Position numbers and translations under genes: made by a program. From an uncultured Gammaproteobacteria bacterium (GTDB lineage Bacteria > Patescibacteriota > Microgenomatia > Levybacterales > GWA1-39-11), in assembly GCA_964627245.1 (NCBI GenBank), contig CAZVGS010000001.1, positions 89,256 through 153,255 on the forward strand: a stretch of 64,000 bases of DNA, in the 5' to 3' direction. The notes beneath the pieces are model-generated. The model saw only the letters and a program-made list of their open reading frames with translations, was not told the DNA's origin and made no database searches. Positions within the stretch are counted from its first letter, which is position 1. Each line of letters opens with the position of its first letter. Below are positions 1 through 7,823 of this stretch, one piece after another.

Positions 1-132
1 ACAGAACCAGTATCAGGAGCACGCTACATTGATATTCTAGAATGTGGCATTACAATAATAAGAAAAAACGGGGATAAATATGAACTACTGAAAATCGGTG
101 ACATTTCCCATCTCTCTATTCCACTGATTTAA
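1..132 (+). CDS. 3' end of an unidentified CDS (partial, enters from window start)
   Basis: Frame 1 is open from position 1 to TAA at 130-132 (…KNGDKYELLKIGDISHLSIPLI*). No motif recognised. Confidence 0.3.
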   Translation, partial: TEPVSGARYIDILECGITIIRKNGDKYELLKIGDISHLSIPLI

Positions 133-226
133 GCAATTGCTGCAAATGAATATTTGTAAAACTCAATCTCTTTCAGTGGTAGTTTGCTATAATAAGTTCG
201 AACATCGTTCTGTAGCTGACCCCAAT

Positions 227-967
227 TTAGTTCTGATCAGTGAATAGAAAAACTTTCCCTGGAATTTCCCTCAATATCCTAGCAGGTGTTGTAGCCAGAT
301 CTCCTTCTTCAGAAAGCAAACGCAAAACTGCTTCCTTTTTATTATTTCCCGCAACATAACATACCGCCACATCAATTTTTCTTATTAAATTCATTGTTGT
401 TGTTGCCCGCAATGGATACTGGTTTTTATCTCCAGCATCATACCCCACAACCAATTTTTCAGTGTTCCCACCATCAAACATCTCATAGAATTTTTGCGGA
501 TTTTCAGGATACGGCATCATGCCCGATACATGACCGTCTGCACCTACACCTACTGTTGCAACAATTTTCCCATCAGGATTTTCTTTTAACCAATCTAAAA
601 GTGCTTGGTTAAAGCGCTTTGCCAGATTTTCTTGACTCTCACCCTGCAAAACTCTAGTGTCTATCATGCCCGCCCCATTTTCGCGTGCTTTTCTAAAAAA
701 ATCCGTCTGGTCAATTTGCCCCATATTATTCTCTTCAGGATTTGTGCTGTACCTTTCATCGAAGGGACATATAGTAACAGCAGGAGAAATAAGGTCTTCA
801 TTTATTCCCGCTAAAATTTCCAACGACGATCCCCCCGATAGCAGAAGGAGAATTTTTTTTTGCTCCTCACCAGCCTCCTCAAGCAAGGCATTCATGCAAG
901 CTTTTGCCCCGTCTAATGGCCCCACTTTTTCTTTAATTTCGGGATTTTCTGTAGTTACTATAATCAT
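227..967 (-). CDS. 6-phosphogluconolactonase / glucosamine-6-phosphate deaminase superfamily protein
   Basis: 246-aa ORF with LLLLSGGSS, FDERY and GVGADGHVSGMMPY motifs typical of the 6PGL/NagB fold. Confidence 0.65.
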   Translation of the reverse strand: MIIVTTENPEIKEKVGPLDGAKACMNALLEEAGEEQKKILLLLSGGSSLEILAGINEDLISPAVTICPFDERYSTNPEENNMGQIDQTDFFRKARENGAGMIDTRVLQGESQENLAKRFNQALLDWLKENPDGKIVATVGVGADGHVSGMMPYPENPQKFYEMFDGGNTEKLVVGYDAGDKNQYPLRATTTMNLIRKIDVAVCYVAGNNKKEAVLRLLSEEGDLATTPARILREIPGKVFLFTDQN

Positions 968-970
968 GAC

Positions 971-2449
971 CTAAAAGCTGAACTTAATAAAAGAACAATT
1001 GTCCGTAGTAACACCCTGGGCAGGCGTAAAGGTCTTTAGCTGAAGCTGTTTTCTTTGAGCTTCTGTCAGAGTAGGAGTTGGCGTCGGAGCGTCTACATTA
1101 TTCTGCACATTCTGCTGACCAAAGCCGAATAACCCGGCAAAGAAATTAACAATTCTTCCCCATAGACTAACCGGCTTGACATCTTCCGCTGCAAGCACAA
1201 CCTTGGTTGGATAAGCGTTAAATATTGCGGCGGTTTTTCTGGAACAGTCGGGCTTTGCTTGTATTCTGTACGTTTGGGAAGTATCAAGATCTAAAGGTAA
1301 ATCCAAATTCCAAATAGCCTGATAACGCGCCAATGTCGGCGTGTCCTCAATAACGGTTGTTGGAACAGTTTCTTTCTTTACTTGGTCAACCACCGTCCCG
1401 CTGCCTTTATAAAAGACGAAGGTAAATGTCGGAATCTTTGCATAATTTGTATTCTCGCCTTCTACTTTCCCGTATGCAGTAACTTTTGTAGTTGTTCCTA
1501 GTGCTATCGAACCAAAATCAAGGCTGTCGCATTTGCACATCGACTCATCAAAAGGCAATGGTGTTGGTGTTGCTGTTGGAGTCGGGGTTGGACTCGATGT
1601 AGGTGTTGGTGTTGCTGTTGCAGTCGGAACCGGCGTTGAAGTTGGGCTTGGAGTCGAAGTAGGCGTGGGAGCATCAGTTGGTGTCGGAGTTGGTGTGGGG
1701 GTTGGCGACTTTGGGACAGTGGGTGTCGCCGATGGCTTTGTGGTTGGAGTCGACTGTGGAGGATTTGTCGGACAAACTCCGCAGTCCTGAGGACACGTGC
1801 TGCATGTTTCACCGCCGCTGCAAACATTATTTGGACATGTTTGAGAAGGTGTTGTTGGCGTAGGAATATTAGGCGGAGTTGTGGGAGTGGGTGTGTTGGG
1901 CTTGCACTGTGTAAAACAATAACCTGCTTGAGCGTTATTTGAATTATACTTTGATGAAGAACACCAATCGTCTCCGGCAGGATTCCAATTCGTAGCTCCA
2001 TTTGGACACGCTTTTGAAAAATTTCCATTTGAATCGGCGCAATAACCGGAACCTCCGGGACAAGGGGTTGGAGGAGCGGGACAAGTCAATTTTAACTGCA
2101 TGCTGATTGCATTACCGTTAGTACCGCATGTCGGACCGCTTAGCGTTGAGGTGCATCCGGGAGGAAATTGTGAAGTGGGAATGTTGACACATCCGGATGC
2201 ATAAGGCGGACAACTGCACCGGGTCAAATTTATTGTACCCCCGGGCCCGGCAGAACCTGACTCCCCTATGCAGTTTGCACCGTTGTCTCCGGGACAGCTT
2301 GCCGTAATCACCCCTCCGGGCCAATTCGTAGCCGAAACAGTAACACTCATTTTTAAGCAATTTGCCAAATTTTGAGCATTGGCGCTTTCGACTCGCAAAA
2401 AACCAAACAAGAATGCAGAAATTATAACTAGAAAAATTTTTAATTTCAT
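971..2449 (-). CDS. secreted Cys-rich protein with a long Pro/Thr-rich linker
   Basis: N-terminal signal peptide (MKLKIFLVIISAFLFGFLRVESANA). Many Cys residues, ~100 aa of PTPTPT-type linker, then a beta-rich C-terminal part. Start overlaps the upstream gene stop by 4 nt. Confidence 0.6.
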   Translation of the reverse strand: MKLKIFLVIISAFLFGFLRVESANAQNLANCLKMSVTVSATNWPGGVITASCPGDNGANCIGESGSAGPGGTINLTRCSCPPYASGCVNIPTSQFPPGCTSTLSGPTCGTNGNAISMQLKLTCPAPPTPCPGGSGYCADSNGNFSKACPNGATNWNPAGDDWCSSSKYNSNNAQAGYCFTQCKPNTPTPTTPPNIPTPTTPSQTCPNNVCSGGETCSTCPQDCGVCPTNPPQSTPTTKPSATPTVPKSPTPTPTPTPTDAPTPTSTPSPTSTPVPTATATPTPTSSPTPTPTATPTPLPFDESMCKCDSLDFGSIALGTTTKVTAYGKVEGENTNYAKIPTFTFVFYKGSGTVVDQVKKETVPTTVIEDTPTLARYQAIWNLDLPLDLDTSQTYRIQAKPDCSRKTAAIFNAYPTKVVLAAEDVKPVSLWGRIVNFFAGLFGFGQQNVQNNVDAPTPTPTLTEAQRKQLQLKTFTPAQGVTTDNCSFIKFSF

Positions 2450-3381
2450 AATTTTGAAATCTCTGAGGTATTATATATCACACCGGTTTCGATTTTAGAC
2501 TTCAGCCAAGAATCATAATCCACACTTTCGCCTTTTGTTACATCTATTACATTAATTACAGCCCCTCCTGAACCGTCCGGCCAAATCCCTTTTGCAACTT
2601 GTCCCTTTTGAGAACTAAAAAGAAGTGTAAAAAATGGCTTATCTTGATCATCCGCCTCGGCCTGCAAAACCCTTGGCTGGGCAGCATCTTCAGGCTTAAG
2701 GTTAGATACCAAAGCTCCATTTAGTCCCAATATTCCTTGAAAAAGAGGATACTTTTCAGCAGTGTCCTTTACTATTGAATACGGGTCATCGCCATTTCTA
2801 AAACGGGTTTGTATCTCATTTGCCATTTCGTTTTGCACCTTCCTTTGCTCCTCAAACTCAGGCAATTGCTCGTAGGGTTCGGGAGGAATCCACCAGCTGA
2901 TATCGTACTCCGTAACCGAAACAACTTTTCCTTGAGTCACTTCACTCTTAAGTTTTTGGTAAAACTCCGCGGGCTCACCCTCAATCTTAGTGTTAAGTCC
3001 CATTAGTTGAGCTTCATTTTCCAATATTGCTCTTTCAACAGCCACCGGAATCATTTCTTTAATTACAGAACTTGTTACTGCAGACCCCAGGTATGATTCG
3101 AGAGCTATCTTTTTTACGTCAGTGTATCTGACCTCTTTATCTCCAATAGTAGCTAAGAGTACGTTTGCGGGTTCAGGCGGGGGAAGGTTGGTTGTTTTAC
3201 TATTTGTAAAAAATATAAATGCAGCAACTGCGAATACCAATATTGAAACTAAAATTCCCGCAATTACAAACATTTTTTTGGACTTTTTTGTTGGCTGCTT
3301 TGGGCTTGTGGAACCGCCGTTTTCTAATGGTGTTTCAATTGCTTCTACATCAGTTTGAGGTTTTTTTACATCATTTTCCAT
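2446..3381 (-). CDS. N-terminally membrane-anchored envelope protein, possibly a SurA/PrsA-like chaperone
   Basis: One TM helix (FVIAGILVSILVFAVAAFIFF) after a charged N-terminus. The remainder loosely resembles SurA-N/PrsA-type chaperones. Function is tentative. Confidence 0.45.
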   Translation of the reverse strand: MENDVKKPQTDVEAIETPLENGGSTSPKQPTKKSKKMFVIAGILVSILVFAVAAFIFFTNSKTTNLPPPEPANVLLATIGDKEVRYTDVKKIALESYLGSAVTSSVIKEMIPVAVERAILENEAQLMGLNTKIEGEPAEFYQKLKSEVTQGKVVSVTEYDISWWIPPEPYEQLPEFEEQRKVQNEMANEIQTRFRNGDDPYSIVKDTAEKYPLFQGILGLNGALVSNLKPEDAAQPRVLQAEADDQDKPFFTLLFSSQKGQVAKGIWPDGSGGAVINVIDVTKGESVDYDSWLKSKIETGVIYNTSEISKL

Positions 3382-3387
3382 AAGAAC

Positions 3388-3948
3388 TTATAACACAAAT
3401 AACAAGAAACCGCCTACTAGAAGGATTGCAATTCCCCCAATTATAGAAACAGTTTGAAAAATGCTTCCCGGAGGCTCTATTGTGGGGGTTGCTGTCGGGG
3501 GGACAGGTGTTGCGGTTGGCGGAACCGGGGTCGGTGTATCAATGATGGCATCAGCCTCACAGAGAAGCTGGTCGGTTCCTGCAGCAGACAACCCCCCGCA
3601 AGAGCTGACAGCAACAACATCACACTTGTAAGTTCTCCCTTGAGTTATAGCAAAACTAACCTTTGCCGTGGAAGATGTTTGGGACGCATTATTTATGATA
3701 ATAGTACCTGTCTCAACTTCGGTTACCGTCACATTGAAAGACGCAGCATCAGCCTGAGTACTCCACGCGCAACTTGCGGTAGTCAAATCACAACTCTCAC
3801 CATTACAGCCCGGGTATTCAACCGTAACGCCTGTAGGGGTTGCAGGCGCTGCGCAAGCTTGAGCGTATGAAGAGTCAACTTTGGTAAGAAAAAAAATAAT
3901 TCCAAAAAGAAATATTATCAAAAACTTTTTTAGCATAAACTCTAACAC
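3388..3948 (-). CDS. secreted protein with PT linker and C-terminal hydrophobic anchor
   Basis: Signal peptide ending SSYAQA, a Cys-containing beta-rich domain, a repeated PTATPVPPTATP linker, and a terminal PPGS followed by a TM helix. Confidence 0.55.
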   Translation of the reverse strand: MLEFMLKKFLIIFLFGIIFFLTKVDSSYAQACAAPATPTGVTVEYPGCNGESCDLTTASCAWSTQADAASFNVTVTEVETGTIIINNASQTSSTAKVSFAITQGRTYKCDVVAVSSCGGLSAAGTDQLLCEADAIIDTPTPVPPTATPVPPTATPTIEPPGSIFQTVSIIGGIAILLVGGFLLFVL

Positions 3949-4121
3949 ATAAATGTATGTGTGCTTCCTATAATATACTCAGAAAATAACTTGAAGGTCA
4001 AGAGGAAATGGAAAAAATTTGTGAGCATGATGAGTATAGAATGGAACACCTTAGAATCCTCATTCATGCGAATCTATAATACTCTGAATAAGTATAACAT
4101 AGCGGTTCCTGCGTTTGCGTC

Positions 4122-4132
4122 TGTAGTATAAT
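4122..4132 (+). promoter_or_regulatory. -10 box TATAAT (4127-4132) 5 nt upstream of ATG 4138, preceded by TGTAGT
   Basis: Sequence tcTGTAGTATAATgccgtATG. The spacing suits a leaderless or near-leaderless transcript. Confidence 0.4.
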
Positions 4133-4137
4133 GCCGT

Positions 4138-4809
4138 ATGGAACTCCCATACAGTGAATATGTCTGGTTCTCTCCGCGATTCGCGATGAATTACCTCACA
4201 GACTTGATGAGAAAATACACTCCTGATGTTGTACTGAGAAGCCCCAAATACAAGAAAGAAAAAGAAGCATGGATTATGGGCGTAGCACTCTTCGGGGTTA
4301 TTAAAATCACCCGTGTTAGGTGGTGGTTACAAGTGCCAACTGATGACCCACCAGACATGAAGGCTATGATGTTAACGCCAGACCATGATAAAAACCTCAA
4401 TATCATGAATTATCGTGAAGTTGAAATAATGCAAATCACCAAACATACTAACGGAACTATTGTTGAGGAGATTTTGAGAAAGTTAAAGGGTAATTCATAC
4501 CCCAAGGAATGGGCACTAGTCGTCTACTTAAACCGTGCAATGTTTATAGAAGATATGCGAAAAATATCAAACGAACTCGTTGAGGCAAAACCGAAAATCG
4601 CAGATATATGGGTAGTTGCCAGCACTACACCAAATGCGAATAAATACATACTATTTTCTCTTTTCCCAGAGGTTCAGACAGTTACATACGATATTGATGA
4701 GGAGATGAGAAATTTAGAAATTGGAGACTCTATTGACCTCATGCCATACCATAAAGGTACGACAATGACATTAATCCGCAATGTTAAACGCACAAAATTT
4801 ATTCCCTGA
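4138..4809 (+). CDS. hypothetical protein (first gene of element)
   Basis: 223-aa ORF with no antisense competitor of similar quality. No motif recognised with confidence. Confidence 0.55.
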   Translation: MELPYSEYVWFSPRFAMNYLTDLMRKYTPDVVLRSPKYKKEKEAWIMGVALFGVIKITRVRWWLQVPTDDPPDMKAMMLTPDHDKNLNIMNYREVEIMQITKHTNGTIVEEILRKLKGNSYPKEWALVVYLNRAMFIEDMRKISNELVEAKPKIADIWVVASTTPNANKYILFSLFPEVQTVTYDIDEEMRNLEIGDSIDLMPYHKGTTMTLIRNVKRTKFIP

Positions 4810-4839
4810 CCTCTGAATTAGCTACTGCAAACCTCAAAA

Positions 4840-4862
4840 AAAACTTGACTTCCTGCCCGTTA
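4840..4862 (+). promoter_or_regulatory. conserved promoter/operator-like box, copy 1 (AAAACTTGACTTCCTGCCCGTTA)
   Basis: 22 of 23 nt identical to 10587-10609. Contains the -35-like TTGACT. Lies 20 nt upstream of the RHH gene. Confidence 0.5.
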
Positions 4863-4881
4863 TCCGATTACGGTTATCAGT

Positions 4882-5037
4882 ATGAAGTCAACACGTGCGA
4901 CAATCATACTCTCTTCAGACGTTCATGAAGCCTTAAGACGAATGGCGTTTCAAAGACGGCTAAGCATCTCAAAACTGGTCCGACTTTCCCTCATTGACTT
5001 CCTTTTGAAGCATGGGGAGAAAAGACCGGAGGAATAG
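4882..5037 (+). CDS. ribbon-helix-helix (CopG/Arc-like) DNA-binding protein, 51 aa
   Basis: Found by hand because it is below the ORF-track cutoff: MKSTRATIILSSDVHEALRRMAFQRRLSISKLVRLSLIDFLLKHGEKRPEE. It shows the beta-strand/helix/helix pattern of RHH repressors and antitoxins. Confidence 0.55.
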   Translation: MKSTRATIILSSDVHEALRRMAFQRRLSISKLVRLSLIDFLLKHGEKRPEE

Positions 5038-5088
5038 TATGACAGGGGTGAGATTGTCCATCCTTGCCCCGCATACTAATGATTAGCT

Positions 5089-5208
5089 ATGAGCGCAAAA
5101 GATTTAACAATGATTATAGAAATACTGGTACAGATGGATTACATCAGGATTAAGCTCGATGAAAATCAGCGGGTACTTGAGATACTGGCCAAGAGACTGA
5201 AACGATAA
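5089..5208 (+). CDS. possible small protein, 39 aa
   Basis: Hand-translated MSAKDLTMIIEILVQMDYIRIKLDENQRVLEILAKRLKR. The stop lies 1 nt before the next start. No other support. Confidence 0.25.
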   Translation: MSAKDLTMIIEILVQMDYIRIKLDENQRVLEILAKRLKR

Positions 5209-5209
5209 T

Positions 5210-5509
5210 ATGAATTTAGAATTTAACAAAACATGCGAATTATGCAGGGATGAGTTTACCCTTACCCACAGGCCACACAGAGGCGGAACAATAGTCTCAC
5301 GGTTGTGTCCTAATTGTGAATCAATCAAACCTGAGATTGAAAAGGTAATGTACGGCAAATCCTACTCAAGCGCAACGGATGAGGATAAAGCCAGAATCTT
5401 CGAACGCGCACGGGAAAACAGAACAGTCAGACGCGGACCGTTCTTCAATCCCAAAGACAACGGAACGGGCGGAAAAGTTCAGTCAGAATACGAAAGGAGA
5501 AAAAGGTAA
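5210..5509 (+). CDS. small zinc-ribbon protein
   Basis: 99 aa with CELC…CPNC (CxxC-x23-CxxC). Confidence 0.5.
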   Translation: MNLEFNKTCELCRDEFTLTHRPHRGGTIVSRLCPNCESIKPEIEKVMYGKSYSSATDEDKARIFERARENRTVRRGPFFNPKDNGTGGKVQSEYERRKR

Positions 5510-5712
5510 TGCCGACAAGAAATAATACAGAAGGAAAGGTATTCGGTGATATTGAGGGACAGACAAACCACCCTGAGGGACTGGACATGACAAAACAGTT
5601 AAAAATGAGGGAAGGACAGCGCAGCGGATTGGTCAGAATGGGAGTACCGAAAAGCATCGTCAGAGCAAGTATCAATCAGGCTCAGTTTAAGCCTACAAGA
5701 AAGGGTAAATAA
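5509..5712 (+). CDS. hypothetical small protein
   Basis: 67 aa. Its start shares one nucleotide with the upstream TAA (TAATG coupling). Confidence 0.45.
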   Translation: MPTRNNTEGKVFGDIEGQTNHPEGLDMTKQLKMREGQRSGLVRMGVPKSIVRASINQAQFKPTRKGK

Positions 5713-5795
5713 TGATCACTTACTGTTCGGAATGCGGGTACAGACTTTTCCGGGGTAAATACCGATACTACTGTATTAACAAAGAATGCTTATGA
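5712..5795 (+). CDS. possible 27-aa zinc-ribbon mini-protein
   Basis: Hand-translated MITYCSECGYRLFRGKYRYYCINKECL (CxxC…CxxxxC). The start abuts the upstream stop. It is very short, so speculative. Confidence 0.2.
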   Translation: MITYCSECGYRLFRGKYRYYCINKECL

Positions 5796-5968
5796 TAGAT
5801 GAATTACTTGATGATATGGCAATTGAGATTGAACGGCTAATGGTAAGCGATGCGGTTAAAGCCCGCCTGAGATTACAGCTTGCAGAGCTTGCGGATAATA
5901 CCCAGGAGCTACGGCTGAAAGCACTATTTGACTGTATTCTGTTCGAGGCCAAAAAACTAAACACATGA
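5786..5968 (+). CDS. hypothetical small helical protein
   Basis: 60-aa ORF with an ATGA overlap onto the next ORF. Confidence 0.4.
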   Translation: MLMIDELLDDMAIEIERLMVSDAVKARLRLQLAELADNTQELRLKALFDCILFEAKKLNT

Positions 5969-6264
5969 AACTATACGAAAAAGCAATAAAACAACTGGAG
6001 CGGGATAAACCTAAGGTAACTATTGAGGATAACACAGCCAAGAGAATAGAAATCCTGAACAAACTGTTACAGGCAGAATACGGATTCATTGAGCAGAACA
6101 AAGATGAAGTAACGAAAGAGCTGAAAGGACGGTTCAAAGAAACCCTGATAAATGAAGTACTTGAAGAGATTAAGAATCACAGCAATACCGGTAAAACACC
6201 GTACTATGTAGGACTACAGATCGCCAGCGATACGGTACAAAAACGAAAGGGAAAACAGCAATAA
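5965..6264 (+). CDS. hypothetical protein
   Basis: 99-aa ORF, charged and helical, translationally coupled to its neighbours. Confidence 0.5.
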   Translation: MKLYEKAIKQLERDKPKVTIEDNTAKRIEILNKLLQAEYGFIEQNKDEVTKELKGRFKETLINEVLEEIKNHSNTGKTPYYVGLQIASDTVQKRKGKQQ

Positions 6265-6265
6265 T

Positions 6266-6613
6266 ATGAAACAAAATAAGACCATTTCCCCCTTAGAAGG
6301 AAATAATGAGGAAGCCGAACAGGCTACAAAAGAGATACGGTCAGGCAAGTCAGCTAGTGGAAAGAAATCTTCCCCCCCCGTTCCCCGTCCCCAACAAACA
6401 CCGTTTAAGATAAACAAACTCTCGGATATCCGCAAAGCAAGTAAGGTACTCATGACTGATTTAATCAACAAGGAGGGCAGGTTCACGGTTGCAGAAAGCA
6501 GAGTATTCAAGGACATGGCAGAGCTGTACTTTAAGGCGGAGGAGAACATTACAACCAAGAGACTAATGAATAAGCTGAAGAAAGAAAACGACACGGACAG
6601 AAAGGGGCGGTAG
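6266..6613 (+). CDS. hypothetical basic protein
   Basis: 115-aa ORF that starts 1 nt after the upstream stop. Confidence 0.5.
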   Translation: MKQNKTISPLEGNNEEAEQATKEIRSGKSASGKKSSPPVPRPQQTPFKINKLSDIRKASKVLMTDLINKEGRFTVAESRVFKDMAELYFKAEENITTKRLMNKLKKENDTDRKGR

Positions 6614-6796
6614 CGCAGGGGTATGGGTACTGAATAAACTGTACGGTATTTCAATGATGCTACACCACCCCCCACCTATACCTACACCCCGCGCGGTGGG
6701 ACACGGGTAAAGGGAGTGACATATAGAGGAAGTACTTAACGGTGTACAGAAGGTAACCCATTGAAGCGAACTCTTATAAATTTTTTGGGAGATTTT

Positions 6797-6805
6797 TGTC
6801 ATAAT
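6797..6805 (+). promoter_or_regulatory. extended -10 (TGtCATAAT) 6 nt upstream of ATG 6812
   Basis: Sequence tttTGTCATAATaactgtATG. Confidence 0.35.
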
Positions 6806-6811
6806 AACTGT

Positions 6812-7006
6812 ATGAATGATACCAACTTTCTAATTTCTCTGGCTATTGGTTTTGTTATATTTTTACTTTTTTCATTTAGTGGCCCAAAAACGCATCGCGA
6901 TCCATTCTATGGTGATATTGATAACATTTCGCATAGTATTGCTGTTGGATTGATCTGTATGGGGGCAACGTACAGTATTTTGCAAATTATTAGTAGTATG
7001 TTTTGA
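6812..7006 (+). CDS. small two-TM membrane protein
   Basis: Internal Met of ORF 6761..7006. The product is MNDTNFLISLAIGFVIFLLF…GLICMGATYSILQIISSMF with two hydrophobic helices. The start was chosen because of the -10 box placement. Confidence 0.4.
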   Translation: MNDTNFLISLAIGFVIFLLFSFSGPKTHRDPFYGDIDNISHSIAVGLICMGATYSILQIISSMF

Positions 7007-7092
7007 TGTCCCAATTTGACAAAGATTGATTAGCACGATACGGTGTATAAGCTTGGTAAAGGATACTATGGCAGTATTCTAATCTACAAAGG

Positions 7093-7117
7093 AGCATCTC
7101 TCAGGAGGTGCTTTTTT
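7093..7117 (+). terminator. intrinsic terminator
   Basis: AGCATCTC-tcag-GAGGTGCT stem (8 bp, one G-U pair) followed by TTTTTT. It lies inside the N-terminal extension of track ORF 7043..7399. Confidence 0.55.
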
Positions 7118-7126
7118 GTGTCTATT

Positions 7127-7135
7127 TGGTATAAT
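7127..7135 (+). promoter_or_regulatory. extended -10 (TGgTATAAT) 6 nt upstream of ATG 7142
   Basis: Sequence attTGGTATAATgaattaATG. Confidence 0.45.
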
Positions 7136-7141
7136 GAATTA

Positions 7142-7399
7142 ATGGATTATAAAACTGCCAGTGAGCTACTTAGAGAACTTTCTCTACTTTGGATATGGGA
7201 AGCCGGAAACTATAATAATAAAATTCCATCCAACTTGCTTACCCGGGATCTTTGTTATTATGACCAGGCGTGCGACTATTTACGACGATTTCCTAAAACA
7301 GGTGATCTTGAACGTGTGGCCCTCGCTCAAATGCAGATGAATTACATTGACGATATTGAGGGGAATAATGAAATGGAAAAATTATTTTCCATCCTCTAA
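7142..7399 (+). CDS. hypothetical protein, 85 aa
   Basis: Internal Met (MDYKTASELL…) of track ORF 7043..7399. The upstream part of that ORF contains a terminator and a promoter. Confidence 0.4.
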   Translation: MDYKTASELLRELSLLWIWEAGNYNNKIPSNLLTRDLCYYDQACDYLRRFPKTGDLERVALAQMQMNYIDDIEGNNEMEKLFSIL

Positions 7400-7525
7400 C
7401 CTTTTAATTACATCAGCTCTTCTCTTCCGTACTTCATCAAGGAGTTTCTTACGTCTTTCACGGACTTCATTGTACATGGGTTTTACTACTACTCGTGGCT
7501 TTCTAAACTTCCCGTATTCAGTCAT
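7382..7525 (-). CDS. possible 47-aa basic protein at the end of the cargo operon
   Basis: Hand-translated MTEYGKFRKPRVVVKPMYNEVRERRKKLLDEVRKRRADVIKRLEDGK. The ATG lies 3 nt after the upstream stop. No other support. Confidence 0.2.
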   Translation of the reverse strand: MTEYGKFRKPRVVVKPMYNEVRERRKKLLDEVRKRRADVIKRLEDGK

Positions 7526-7528
7526 ACG

Positions 7529-7822
7529 TTAGTACTCTCCTACGCGTTCAGCCCATTGAGGAGGTGTTCTTTCGTCCTCTTCGCTATGTAATTGAGTTTC
7601 AAATGATATTTTCGAGGCGTGTTCTATAGTGGAATCTTTACCTACTTCGCCACCTATTCCGAGTACGGTAATTCCTACTTTTCCGCCTCCCTTGTCACTC
7701 TTGGTAACTGCAATATCAAATTTAACGGAGCTTGAAACATAATTACCGCCAGTGTGAGCGTCCTTTATCTGCCTGAGGCTTTCTTGTATGAAGTCTTTTA
7801 GTTCGTTATTTTCGTCTGCCAT
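7529..7822 (-). CDS. trypco2-like (trypsin-co-occurring domain 2 / CU044_2847-like) small protein; family assignment tentative
   Basis: 97 aa. The pattern LKDFIQESLRQIKDA…VKFDIAVTKSDKGGGKVGITVLGIGGEVGKDSTIEHASKISFETQL resembles the helix plus beta-hairpin Gly-rich pattern I recall for trypco2 domains. Confidence 0.45.
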   Translation of the reverse strand: MADENNELKDFIQESLRQIKDAHTGGNYVSSSVKFDIAVTKSDKGGGKVGITVLGIGGEVGKDSTIEHASKISFETQLHSEEDERTPPQWAERVGEY

Positions 7823-7823
7823 A

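Noticed and set aside
394-974. Three plus-strand ORFs (394..612, 605..814, 657..974) antisense to the 6PGL-like gene
   Set aside because: They are shadow ORFs. The minus-strand frame carries recognisable family motifs (SGGS, DER, GADGH).
1540-1760. Possible CRISPR or tandem-repeat array suggested by periodic sequence
   Set aside because: The periodicity comes from degenerate ACN-CCN (Thr-Pro) codon repeats inside a CDS. There are no constant repeats separated by unique spacers, and no cas genes anywhere in the window.
1504-2028. 174-aa ORF (and 1533..1790, 1678..1863, 1093..1287, 2118..2360) overlapping the 492-aa secreted-protein gene
   Set aside because: These are alternative-frame or antisense readings of the Pro/Thr-codon repeat. 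For example, the GVGVGV protein is the reverse complement of PTPTPT. They have low complexity and no start context. The 971..2449 frame has a signal peptide and a coherent domain layout.
3454-3870. 138-aa plus-strand ORF antisense to 3388..3948
   Set aside because: Arg/Cys-rich nonsense-like composition, antisense to a gene with a signal peptide, linker and anchor.
5104-6802. Minus-strand ORFs 5104..5358, 5445..5675, 5776..5964, 5856..6137, 6214..6675 and 6563..6802 in the early-like region of the element
   Set aside because: All are antisense to a continuous chain of translationally coupled plus-strand ORFs. They have hydrophobic or Ser-rich shadow composition and no coupling or RBS.
7043-7141. 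N-terminal 33 aa of track ORF 7043..7399
   Set aside because: This stretch contains an intrinsic terminator (7093-7117) and an extended -10 box (7127-7135). The internal Met at 7142 is the more plausible start.
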